A stretch of 23,512 nt of DNA, taken from contig MCFH01000151.1 of assembly GCA_002104945.1 (NCBI GenBank), positions 1 through 23,512 of the forward strand, read 5' to 3'. Source of the stretch: Piromyces finnis finn (taxonomy: Eukaryota; Fungi; Neocallimastigomycota). A program made the translations under genes and the position numbers. Below the pieces are notes generated by a model. The model did not search any database. It was not told the DNA's origin and saw nothing but the letters and a program-made list of their open reading frames with translations. Below, piece after piece: positions 1 to 12,185 of this stretch (position 1 is the stretch's first letter; every line of letters starts with the position of its first letter).

Positions 1-1723
1 AATTCCAAATGATGGATAGTTTCAAAAAGTACGCAAGTTTTTAGAAAAATTACTAAAAAAAATTGAATAAAAATAAAAAAAAATAATAAAAAAAAATAAA
101 AATAAAATATTACTATTATTTAAAATTATGATATCTTATTCGAACCGTAACAATTTTATGATTCGTTACATTTGTTAAGTTTTCATCTCTAAAAATGATG
201 TTTTTCTTATCTATGATATTATCGTTTTTCGAAATAGGTTTTAATGAAATTTTTCCGTTTTCAGTGTGTAATATCTTTATTAGGACTCACAATATTATTA
301 AAAAATTATGGTCTTTAGGAGTATTAATACTGATAATTTCATTGTTATTTAATACTAATCTTTCATACATCTCTTGAGGATCTTCTTCCTCTGATGGTTG
401 TGGTTCATCTTCTGTGTCATAAGTGATTTGTTTCCCTTTGTCTTTTAATTGCTTTTGTTCTTCGACAATTTCATTTTCTGTATTTAATAAAGAGTTTAAA
501 TTTTCATCGTTGGTAATATCAGAATCTTTAAATAAATTACTGTAAAGATATAAAGTATATCTTTAAATTATTTAATAATTAATTAATAATTATTGAATAA
601 TAATTTTGATATTTTAATGGAAAAAATTGTTTATAAAATTTATTGTATAAATTTTATGGAATAATTAAATAAATATTAATTTTAAAATATCAAAGTTAGA
701 AATGAAATTTGGATAAATATTTAAATTAATGGATAATTAAATTTAAATATTTTAAATATTCAAATTAAATCTTAAAAAGTTTTTTATTTAATTAAATTAG
801 TTTAATAACTTTAGCGTAGTTTTAAATTAGCATTTTTAATAATAAATATATAATAAATGTATTATTAATATTTAATTAATATATAGGTAATACATGGACT
901 GTATTCAATTTGCAGTTTACTCAAATTGAATCAAAAGTGTATTTAATTAGTTTTAGTTTAGTTTTATTATTTTATTATTTAATTAAATTAGTATTAAATT
1001 AGTTTTTGTTTATTTTATATTGAATATATGTATAATTAAATAGAATAGTATATTAAAATATAATTTACAAAAAATATAAATACATGTAAAATTTCTTGAT
1101 TAAAACGATGTAATTGTTATTGACTATTATTTAGTTAATAACTAAATAAAATTAATAAAAGAGATATTTTTAAATAGATTTTTGTTTTTCTTGTTTCTTT
1201 ATTATTTTCGTGTTTTATGTTTTATTGTAAAATTTTATAATCTGTTTTTTTTATAAACTTTTACAATTACTATCAATTGATTGTAGAAATTTTTTTTTCT
1301 TTTTCTTCTAAAAGTTTTAAATATTTTTCGTAAAAAACGGTTTCTTTGGGAATTCATTTAACCCAACCTTCTGATTTATTTTCATCGGTATAACCAAATA
1401 ATTTTTGATTTTCTTTTAGAACAATTTGAACAGAATTCTTATCTATATAATCAAGACTGTTATGGTTTGTTTTTAAGTCTGACCATGTTTGATTATTAAA
1501 CCAGACCATTGTGTAAAGATATAATATATATCTTTAGATTATTTAATAATTAATTATTAATTATTAAATAATAAATTAATATTTAGTAAAACTTATTATA
1601 AAATTTTTGAATAAATTTTATGGAATAATTTAATAATAAATTATTTATAATAATTCCGTTAAATTTAAATTAAGATAAATATTTAAGTTTAAGGAATAAA
1701 AGAATTTTAATTAAATTTAAATA
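1..1723. repeat. Left arm of giant inverted repeat (fold-back palindrome); may extend beyond window start
   Basis: Position 1 aattccaaat is the reverse complement of 3517-3526. Colinear reverse-complement identity continues to 1723/1796. Differences seen are mainly 1-bp indels. Confidence 0.97.
541..1265 (+). mobile_element. Solo LTR, family B (mirror copy in palindrome)
   Basis: tgtaa...ttaca termini; attac TSD at 536-540 and 1266-1270; TATAAATA at 1075; GTAATTGTTAT at 1110-1120. Confidence 0.9.
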
Positions 1724-1807
1724 TTTCAAATATTTTAAATAATTAAATATTTTTTTAAATACTTTTATTTAATTTTAGAATAGATTATACTTTTTTATTT
1801 AAATTTA
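1512..1807 (+). mobile_element. Partial LTR, family C (U3 end), running into palindrome centre
   Basis: Starts tgtaaagat; matches reverse complement of about 22330-22627, including the palindrome spacer. Confidence 0.88.
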
Positions 1808-2007
1808 ATTAAAATTCTTTTATTCCTTAAACTTAAATATTTATCTTAATTTAAATTTAACGGAATTATTATAAAATAATTTATTATTAAATTATTCCAT
1901 AAAATTTATTCAAAATTTTATAATAAGTTTTACTAAATATTAATTTATTATTTAATAATTAATAATTAATTATTAAATAATCTAAAGATATATATTATAT
2001 CTTTACA
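1796..2007 (-). mobile_element. Partial LTR, family C (mirror of 1512-1723)
   Basis: Near-identical to 22415-22627 (about four substitutions seen); ends atctttaca. Confidence 0.88.
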
Positions 2008-3335
2008 CAAGGTCTGGTTTAATAATCAAACATGGTCAGACTTAAAAACAAACCATAACAGTCTTGATTATATAGATAAGAATTCTGTTCAAATTGTTCT
2101 AAAAGAAAATCAAAAATTATTTGGTTATACCGATGAAAATAAATCAGAAGGTTGGGTTAAATGAATTCCCAAAGAAACCGTTTTTTACGAAAAATATTTT
2201 AAAAACTTTTAGAAGAAAAAGAAAAAAAATTTCTACAATCAATTGAATAGTAATTGTAAAAGTTTATAAAAAAAACAGATTATAAAATTTTACAATAAAA
2301 CATAAAACACGAAATAAATAAAAAGAAACAAGAAAAACAAAATCTATTTAAAAATATCTCTTTTATTAATTTTATTTAGTTATTAACTAAATAATAGTCA
2401 ATAACAATTACATCGTTTTAATCAAGAAATTTTACATGTATTTATATTTTTTGTAAATTATATTTTAATATACTATTCTATTTAATTATACATATATTCA
2501 ATATAAAATAAACAAAACTAATTTAATACTAATTTAATTAAATAATAAAATAATAAAACTAAACTAAAACTAATTAAATACACTTTTGATTCAATTTGAG
2601 TAAACTGCAAATTGAATACAGTCCATGTATTACCTATATATTAATTAAATATTAATAATACTATTTATTATATATTTATTATTAAAAATGCTAATTTAAA
2701 ACTACGCCTAAAGTTATTAAACTAATTTTAATTAAATAAAAAACTTTTTAAGATTTAATTTGAATATTTAAAATATTTAAATTTAATTATCCATTAATTT
2801 AAATATTTATCCAAATTTCATTTCTAACTTTGATATTTTAAAATTAATATTTATTTAATTATTCCATAAAATTTATACAATAAATTTTATAAACAATTTT
2901 TTCCATTAAAATATCAAAATTATTATTCAATAATTATTAATTAATTATTAAATAATTTAAAGATATACTTTATATCTTTACAGTAATTTATTTAAAGATT
3001 CTGATATTACCAACGATGAAAATTTAAACTCTTTATTAAATACAGAAAATGAAATTGTCGAAGAACAAAAGCAATTAAAAGACAAAGGGAAACAAATCAC
3101 TTATGACACAGAAGATGAACCACAACCATCAGAGGAAGAAGATCCTCAAGAGATGTATGAAAGATTAGTATTAAATAACAATGAAATTATCAGTATTAAT
3201 ACTCCTAAAGACCATAATATTTTTAATAATATTGTGAGTCCTAATAAAGTATTACACACTGAAAACGGAAAAATTTCATTAAAACCTATTTCGAAAAACG
3301 ATAATATCATAGATAAGAAAAAACATCATTTTTAG
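2008..3335 (+). pseudogene. Unidentified ~198-codon ORF relic split by solo LTR B (segments 2008-2254 and 2988-3335); mirror copy at 189-1511 minus
   Basis: Removing the LTR and one TSD restores the frame (..QSIDSN|LFKDSD..). One in-frame TGA. Ends ..DKKKHHF*. The 3153-3335 track ORF is its tail. Confidence 0.65.
2255..2982 (-). mobile_element. Solo LTR, family B (728 bp)
   Basis: tgtaaaag...ctttaca termini; GTAAT TSD at 2250-2254 and 2983-2987; shares motifs with LTRs of the full-length element. Confidence 0.9.
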
Positions 3336-3367
3336 AGATGAAAACTTAACAAATGTAACGAATCATA

Positions 3368-3582
3368 AAATTGTTTACGGTTCGAATAAGATATCATAAT
3401 TTTAAATAATAGTAATATTTATTTTTTATTTTTTTTTTATTATTTTTTTTTTATTTTTATTCAATTTTTTTTAGTAATTTTTCTAAAAACTTGCGTACTT
3501 TTTGAAACTATCCATCATTTGGAATTTAATGATTTTGGATAGCTAAAATTTTAAATTAATTCCATTCATAATAATGGATCAT
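3368..3582. repeat. Dispersed ~220-270 bp repeat, inverted homologue of 18264-18535 (also 1-157)
   Basis: Shared blocks tgatcc..tatgaatggaattaatttaaaatttta..atggata.tttcaaaaagtacgca..attactattatttaaaat..atatcttatt.gaa.cgtaacaattt. Confidence 0.8.
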
Positions 3583-6373
3583 TCATTGTAACATATATTA
3601 ATTAAATCATTAATATATTATGAATCATCTATTAATATTAGAACAGATAAATTTTAATTTATATTTAATAAATTTTAATTTGCTTTACATTTAGTATTTT
3701 AATTTCATATATTAAATAATAGACTTATAGCATATATAAATTTATATTATCCTATTAATTATGTCCTTTTTTAGACAAAAAGATTAATTTTTATGTAAAG
3801 GTATCTTCTGTTATTTGTGTAACAATTACCTTTCTTAGTAATTAAATTATAGTTAAAATTCATTTAATATTTTTAATTTAGGAATATTATATAATAAAGT
3901 TAATTAATAAAATAAATCTTAATTATTAATAAAATATCATTGATTATTTTAATAATAAATTCAAGTAAACTTTTTCAAAGTATAAGTTATTATACTTAGG
4001 TATAGTAATAAATATAATTACTGACTATAAAGAATATTATAACTATATAATAAATTATAATAATTAATAGAGAATGTACAAAATTATAAAGATATAATTT
4101 TTATAACTTAAAAATCGAGTTAAACAACATTAAGGAATATAAATAGTTGATGGTTGAATTTCTATAATTCTGGCAAATTCAACTATTTAGGTTCATTCCT
4201 TAACAAAATTATATATAAAAGGTGTTTTTATATTATTAGTAATAAGTTATTAATTTAGTTAATTAAGTTAGTTATTACCTCTCTATACGAGTTAATAACT
4301 AAGTAAGTTTTATAAAAATAATAAAGAAATAAAATAAATATTATAACACTAAAATAATTACAACAAACGTATAAAGATTTTATGAAATAATGTTTACTTA
4401 AATAATTATATTAATTATATCTTTTATTTATTAATTATAATTATATACATTATGTATTACTATAAGTATTAATTTACTCTAATACTAACGCTAAAGTATT
4501 TAACGTTAGTTTTAACTATACTATTTAACTATATTAGTTTATTTTCTTTACCACTTGATTGGGTAAAGCAAATAAACTTCCTATTTAATTAATAACCATT
4601 AATATATGGTTATGCATATATCTGAACAATAAATGGTGACCAGAATATATGGTTTCAATTGAAATATTTGTGAGCAAACTTATGGCCACAAATATTTCTT
4701 ACAATGATGGGTTGACCGATATATTGTGAATAATATAATGTTTTAATAAATATAATTCTATATTATAATGATGAAACAATAAATTTAAAATAAAATAAAA
4801 TATGTTTTATAATTAACAAATAAATCACTCAAAACTCGAAATAAACTCTTAAATCTTTATTATATTTTATAATTTATTTATTATCTATTTATGTTCTTTT
4901 TATTCTCTTATTTATTGTCCCTCCTTTATAAAGAAGAATTTTATCTTCCTTTTATACATTTTCATTTATTACATGTATTATTATTTTTAACTATTAAATG
5001 TTATTATTACTATTGTTATTATTTATTAAAATTAAAAGAATAAATTAAAATTATGTCTTAGTATTATAAAATATTATAGAATATTACTTATTTGATTTTC
5101 TTATTACTTCAAAATGTTTAAATTAGAAAAATTATTATAAATTATCATTGACTATCATTAAATGTATAATACCTTGAATAAAATAATTAAAATTTAAAAT
5201 TAAATAATATTAAAATAAAATTAAAATAAAATTAAAATAAAAATTTAACAAATTAAAATATTAAAAGTATCAATTATTATAAACATCATTTTATACAGAA
5301 ACATAAAAGAATTCTGTATTTTATCTTTGGAATTGTTATTATTGTTCTATTTCCAGGTTTTAAGTTTATCATTTTAGTAATAATTACTCAATTAGTTATT
5401 TATTAATTTATAAGTTTAAGAGAATTTCTAAAGAACACTTGGATAAACACTAGAATTAATAATTTGATGTATACCATTTTATTTTTAGTTTATTTATTCA
5501 TTTTTATTTATTTATTATTATTTTATTATTTTAGTACATTATTGGATTAAGTTGTTTATTTTATTAATAATTTATTTTATTTAATAATTTATTTTATTAT
5601 TATCACTATTAGGTCGTTTTTACTCAGAATTATTATATAATAAAGATAATATTATTTATTTAAAGAAAGGGTTATATTTTCATAAAATTATTATTCATTC
5701 ATCTTTAAGGGTTATTATTGTTTATTTTTATTATAAGTTACTATGGGTTAAGTCGTGTTTATTCAGCTAGTTTTTATCATGTTTTTATGTGAGTAGCGTA
5801 TCAACAATATAAAAATAAGTTAATGGTATGTTAGTTAGGTTTTAGAACACGGACATAAATGTCTTTGGTTCAATACATATCTCTTCCATTTTTCTAATAA
5901 TTAAATTTAATCTTAAATTCTATTATATTATTAGTCTAGAACCTTCTCGAAATTAAATTTTTCTAAAATTCATTATTCCAATCAAAATATTTATTTTTTT
6001 TAATTAATTTCAAAAAAATTATAAAAGTGAAAATTATTCCAAAAAATTTGGAATTTTGTGTTTTTATTAACTTAAAAGTTTTTATTAATAAGTAAAAAAA
6101 AATATTAATAATCGTAACAACGCGAGAGACTCAGGTTAACACAATACTAATTAACTATTTGTATTAATAGTATATTTTATTAATATTTGATTATTTAATA
6201 TTATTAATACAAATTAACCTTAATACTAATTTTAAAGACTAATTTACATGAATTTTATAAATTATTTATATTTACTATTTATAATATTCTTATTTAATAT
6301 TATGAATAAACATTATTCATATTGATTGGTGACTTCAATTATTTAAATAAAAAGAAGAAATAGAAATAGACAA

Positions 6374-6419
6374 ATATTATGGATTAAATATAGCGATTGC
6401 TATATTTAATCCATAATAT
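6374..6419. repeat. Perfect 21-bp hairpin, 4-nt loop
   Basis: atattatggattaaatatagc-gatt-gctatatttaatccataatat. Confidence 0.95.
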
Positions 6420-6900
6420 AGAGAACCCGGAGTCGAACACATGACAAGTAGGTCAGCGTCCAACAACCTGACGGCGAAGCCAGCTTGAGAAACCCCGAAA
6501 TACAATTGTAAGAATTAATAATTATTTTTTGTATAAATTAATTCTTATTTAATTATGTTAAGTTTTTGGATTTGGTTATGTGGCCAGGTCAGAATGTTAT
6601 CAATTATATAGTAAATATGTTTTTTAAGAAATTAAATTTAAATATAAAATAACCCTTTAAACTTCCAAATGAGAAATTAATATTTATTCTTTAGAATAAC
6701 TTTTTTATAAAATTTTATTTATTTATTAATAATAATATAAATGATAATATATTTAATAACTATATAATTAAGATTATAACTATAATCTTTACAAAGAATT
6801 AAAATCGAATTCAATTCATTCTATTTTATATTCTTTGTTCAGATTATTAAATTGATAAAAATAAAGTATTACATGTAATATGTTAATAATATAATAAGAT

Positions 6901-6930
6901 TGTTTGTTTGTTTGTTTGTTTGTTTTGTTT
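6901..6930. repeat. (TGTT)n microsatellite
   Basis: tgtttgtttgtttgtttgtttgttttgttt. Confidence 0.85.
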
Positions 6931-8952
6931 TGTCATGACATAAAATAAATAAACATATGATTAATCATTTAAACACTTGATCCATTAACCTATTTATAAT
7001 AATTAAAATTATTTAATTTATAAATGTTAACTGTTACACCTAAATGGTTTAGTTCTATTTTTAGTAACAGTCACTATCATTAATTAAATTAATATAATTA
7101 GAATTTCTATTGATATATTTTTAATTTTCGTCAAGTCATAAGAAATGTCTATGATCCATACTTGATATCATATTAATTTTAATTTACTTATTAAAATCTT
7201 CAAATGATCATATCTTCCTTAAATGACCAGTTAGAAGGACCGCGATTGTACCAAAATGTAGCTTTTTCCTTAAGCTTTCTAATAAACCTGGTTTCATAGC
7301 CGTAGCACTTACAGCCGTAGCGATCGTTTTTGGAGAGTTACACCTTGTTTCGTGTTTGTTTATTTTTGGTTAAGGGTTATAGTGTATTGATATTAAATTT
7401 TTTGAAATCATAACCCTTTCACTGAACCAAAATTTAAAAGGTAACTTTTAAAGGTGTTTTAAAATAATTATTGGGATTATTTAATTCTAATTATTATGTT
7501 TAATTAATTATAGATATTATCTGAATTTGTTTTAAATCCAGTTAATATCTTCACAAATTATTTTTTAATTATTAAATTAATTATTTATTTAAACTATTAG
7601 CATACATTCATTTAAATTACTATAAACATTTATCTATATTGATATTAATTATTCATTACTTAATTTAAAATTTATTTAATTACTATATTAATTATTTATT
7701 TATTTATTTTAGTAATATATTTAAAATAATAGTAAACATTCATTTATTTTTTAATTAATAATTTTTGTATTACATTTTATAAGAAACATTATATATTTTA
7801 TTTTACGTTTGTATTTATATTTATGTATCGTATCTTGAAATAACTTATAGAAACAATTAGAAAATATAAATACATATTAGGACAATCGGATATTAAGGTT
7901 TTTCCGAATTTTAATCGGTTTTACTTAATATTACGATGAATGATATATTAGTTATCAATCGAATATCTTTTTAGGTTTTTCTTCTAGTCTTTTCCTAAAA
8001 AGATTATTTGTTAAGATTAGAAATTCTTTATTAAACTTTAAATTATCAAAAAATTATAAATATAAGGACTCTGGAATTCCACTAAAGAATCCAGAGTTAT
8101 TATTTTAAGACAATTATAATAAATAACCCTTTCAAAAACTATATTCATAAAAAATATTACATTAAAGATAGTCTTAATATTTTGTGTTTGTTATTATAAT
8201 TCACTTATAATAAACTCTTTAAGATAAGTATTCATTTTTATTTACTATTAAGAAACTTCTCAATTTAATAATAATATTACGATTTGTATTATTATATTGT
8301 AGATAATAATTATTATTAAATATATAATAATTATTACAACAATGATAAATAATAATTATAAATATATTATAAATTTGATATTAGTAGAAAATTTTATTAT
8401 AAAATAATTATTAAATATTTTATATAGTTTATTATAAAATATAATTTACATAAAATCAAATATTTTATAAATTTATATATTTGATTGGGTTAAATTATAA
8501 AAATAATTTTTAATATAAAGAATAATAATAATTTTTAGTAGAAATGAGAAGACTTAGATTATTAATAATAAGTTAAATTTTAATAATAGTTAATATAATT
8601 AATTAGTGAATACATAATAATATTTAAAAGACAAAAATAAGTTTTTATATATAAAAATTATTGTTAAAAAGAGCGTAAGAACAATAAATAAAAAAAATAT
8701 AAAAACGAAATTAAACTTGTCTAATTTGTAATTATTGTGTTAATAATAAATAATATTTATAGAATAAATCTGGTGTTATTATTCTATATAAATATTATTA
8801 AAATAATAAAACTATTAAAACTATAAAATAACTTAAAATAAATTAATAAAACTAGTAGATATTGTTAAAGCTCGTACAATAGCTGTCGAGATAAAACAAT
8901 ATAAGATAACAGAAGAAGTAGTTAAAAAGTTATAATATAACTACCAATCCGT

Positions 8953-8999
8953 TATCAACAATTTTGGTGAAAAGGTACAAAACCTTTATGCGTTACAAT
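8953..8999. repeat. 47-bp inverted match to 18910-18956; probable terminus of a further LTR family (TGTAACG...)
   Basis: 46/47 identity; carries LTR-type terminus cgttaca/tgtaacg. Confidence 0.6.
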
Positions 9000-11051
9000 A
9001 ATAAATAAAAATTGTCATGAATATTAGTGGATTCATGATTATTTATTTAATTAGTGTTTTATTCGTTTAATTAATTAGAAATATTTTATTATAAAACATA
9101 ATTAAATAATATTTTAAGAAATATTAATTAATTATAATTATTAAGATTTTATATTTATTAAAGTTTGAATTAATATTTCTTTGTTCATTTGATTAAGAAG
9201 GAAATTAAAACTAAATTATAAAATAATCATTCCTTCTACAAATGATTGATAATATGACTTTTATAATTATTAAATTTAACACGAGTGAAAAGTCATATAT
9301 AATTAATATATAATTAATTTATAGAATAGTTAATTAATATAAATAATTAGTCATGTATTAAATTTAAAATGTATTCCTTAATATTAGAGATAGTATAAAT
9401 ACTCGAGAAAATTCCTATCATTAGGAATTTCGAGAGTTCATTACATTTAATATTTACTCTAATTATAATAATAACTAATAAATAAAGACTTTTCTTTAAA
9501 TAAAAATTTATTAATAAATAAAGTTAATAAAATATTATTTATTTAAAAATTTACTAATTCATATATTTAATTAATTGATAAACTTAGGGTAAATATGTAC
9601 GTTCCGACCTAACTGAAGTGAAATCTATAACAAAAATTGTCAAGAATAGAAGACGATTAAAAAATAAATTAAATATTCAAATAAACATTTAAAAATCAAA
9701 TTTATATTTCAAAAATTATAAAACACTTTTAAAAATAATTAAAAAGATCACTTGGAAAAATTTAATATTGAAAAGGGTTAAGGATCACAAAAATTTAATT
9801 TTAAATAAATTAACCCTTGAGAAGAAATGTACTATACGAAACTAGTGATAACTTCTGAATCTCGCGTCCTATTTTCATTTTCTAGAGAATTCAAATTAAT
9901 TTTATTAGAAATACTAGTTGAGATCTATATTCTCACAAATTTTCAGCTAATTTAGACCACTAGTTCTTGAGATATAGCTATTTAAAGAATTAATTAGTTC
10001 CAATAAATATATATAATATATATTAAATGATTAATATTAATTTATATAATTAAAGTCATTATTCAAATCATCCAACTTTCTATAAATAATTCAATTTAAA
10101 AATTCTCCATTATTATTAAATAAGGTTAGATAATAAATATTCTTGATTACAAACCTAATCAATTATAAAATTAATTAATAATTTTTCAAATAATTTTGAT
10201 TAATAACCTCAATCATAATCAAACCAAAAAAAGCCTTTAGATCAAAAATCATTAGTTATAATTATTAATTAATTATCATGAGAATATATAATTAGTATCA
10301 ATTGTTATTCTCAATTTATAATATTAAATATTTACAATTTAAAATGGTTAAAACAATACTTTTATTTTAAAAGTAATTTAAAAGATTAATCTTAAGATCT
10401 ATCATATGAATTCATATTATTAATATCAATATCAATTATTATTTTTAATTTAAAATTATTTTATTTTTATCTTATTATTAATATCAATATTAATATCAAT
10501 GTAATTTTATTATATGTAAGAAAAAAATATTTAAACAAAGAATTGAAATCAATTTTGAAATTCTTTGTAAGATTATTAATTATTAATTGTTAATTATAAT
10601 ATAACTTAATAAATATTATCTTAATAATAAATAATTAATAAACAAATTTCATAATTAAATTATATTAAAATCTTATTTTAAATATAAAAACCTATTTAAT
10701 TTTTAAATTAGTATTATTTAAATTCTTTAATAAGTTCTGAAGAAAAGATTTAATAATAAATAAGCTTAATATTTTATTAGTAAATTAAGTTATATTATAT
10801 AAAACATTCTGACCAAAGTTACATACCAATCCTAGCCCACTTTTACAAAAATTAAAAAAAAATAATTTTTTTTGATTACTTATTTTATATACTAGCCTAT
10901 TGTGTTTAGATTTGCGTTCTATTATAAAATTATTATTATTTTATAATCGGACGTTACAACAAATGAAATTTGGAAAAAATATGAAAAAAGATAAGCAACA
11001 TTACTTATATAGGTGATTATTCATATGACAACTTAATTTCTTCATTTCCAG

Positions 11052-11265
11052 ATTCAAAGATTATTACAACAATGTTTAACTAAAGTTAATTTAAATTACG
11101 ATCCTAATATTATAAAAATATTCAATAGTTGGCAAAATCAAAATAATATTGAATATTATTGTAAAATAGACTACTTTACTTCAACAATCAACTTTCCAGA
11201 ATTTAAAGATTACTATTTAAACAACTTCAACAATACTAATGACATTATTAATATTAATAATATTA
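11052..11265 (+). pseudogene. Unidentified coding relic interrupted by the full-length retrotransposon; continues at 17512-17676
   Basis: 71 stop-free codons (IQRLLQQCLTKVNLNYDPN..DIININNI) in very AT-rich DNA, preceded by a possible 3' splice site (ttcatttccag). The frame continues after the TSD (T I D N E K K) and, with a shift at an A8 run, IDKKHKLLFDNVQKSLK..EKNK. Confidence 0.5.
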
Positions 11266-11872
11266 TGTAATGTTGAACACTGAAAGAATAGATTAGGATA
11301 TCTATTCTATTACAATAACACAAAAATTTGAAAAAATAAAATAAAAAATTGTTTTATAAAATATCTTTTATTATAATAGAATTTTAATAATAACAATTAC
11401 ATCGATAAAATGATGAAAAATATCTTCTATTTATATTTTTCCTAAATAACATTTATATTATATTATAACTATTTATTTCTTATATATTATTATTTAAAAT
11501 CTACACTAAAATCTTAATTATTAGTAAATATTTAAACTATAACTATTTTTAGTAAAATACAATTGGCAATTCAAATTAAGTACTATTTAATTTGAATATG
11601 TGCCCATGTATTATTGATATATTAATCATTTATTATTTATCTATTTCTATAAAAAAACAATACTAAAACTAGGGATTTAAATTGAGAATATTAATTTACT
11701 TGTTAAACATTAAAAATAAATTAATAATTTATTTTGTTTTAAACTTTAATTATTAATAAATAAATTATGTCTCATTTTCTTTTTCTGAATATAATTTGTG
11801 TAACTTAAACAATAATACTTGTGGCTTAAGTTACATTAAAGATATCAAACAGAGGCGTTTGGTATCTTTACA
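11266..11872 (-). mobile_element. 3' LTR, family A (607 bp)
   Basis: tgtaa...ttaca; four differences seen versus 16902-17506 (two substitutions, two 1-bp indels). Confidence 0.97.
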
Positions 11873-11884
11873 ATCTCTCTCTCT
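11873..11884 (-). promoter_or_regulatory. Polypurine tract
   Basis: Minus strand AGAGAGAGAGAT directly abutting the 3' LTR. Confidence 0.85.
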
Positions 11885-12015
11885 AAGTCGAGCTCCTGCG
11901 AGATTAATTTATAAGGAATCTTTTCTCGAAGGAATTTCAATTACAAATGGTGGTATCTGTGCTTGATTAGATTACCAACTTTATTCTTTCTAATTTTCAT
12001 GAGGAGTCGTTCGAC

Positions 12016-12185
12016 TTATATTTGACTTTTTAGAGTTTTTTCAAACTCTTGTATTAATTGTTTATCTGGAATCTGATCTTCAGAAATCCAAGTGGATTTG
12101 TCAAATCCTTTCATGATAACTTATAAAATGTTTCACCATTAACAGATTTCATCTTTTCAATTTTTCTCTGGAATTTTTTCAATTA
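12016..12185 (-). other. Chromodomain-like C-terminus of integrase (frameshifted)
   Basis: Translation across shifts: IPEKIEKMKSVNGETFYKLS(W)KGFDKSTWISEDQIPDKQLIQEFEKTLKSQI*, matching the chromodomain YxxxWKG..TW..E..LI.EF pattern. Confidence 0.7.

Larger units (their letters stand above)
1796..3526. repeat. Right arm of giant inverted repeat (72-bp spacer 1724-1795)
   Basis: Reverse complement of 1-1723. Confidence 0.97.

Noticed and set aside
195-377. 60-aa plus-strand ORF
   Set aside because: Antisense shadow of the mirrored 3153-3335 reading frame.
1981-2007. Helitron 3' hairpin
   Set aside because: It is the U3 terminus of LTR family C (TG...CA ends, 5-bp TSD at the intact copy) with no CTRR end.
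4630-4730. Minus-strand peptide with CGHKF (RING-like)
   Set aside because: Other zinc ligands are absent and the frame is short with stops.
6421-6500. tRNA gene or hammerhead ribozyme
   Set aside because: No acceptor or T-stem pairing; the CUGANGA core is imperfect and the stems are not in hammerhead topology.
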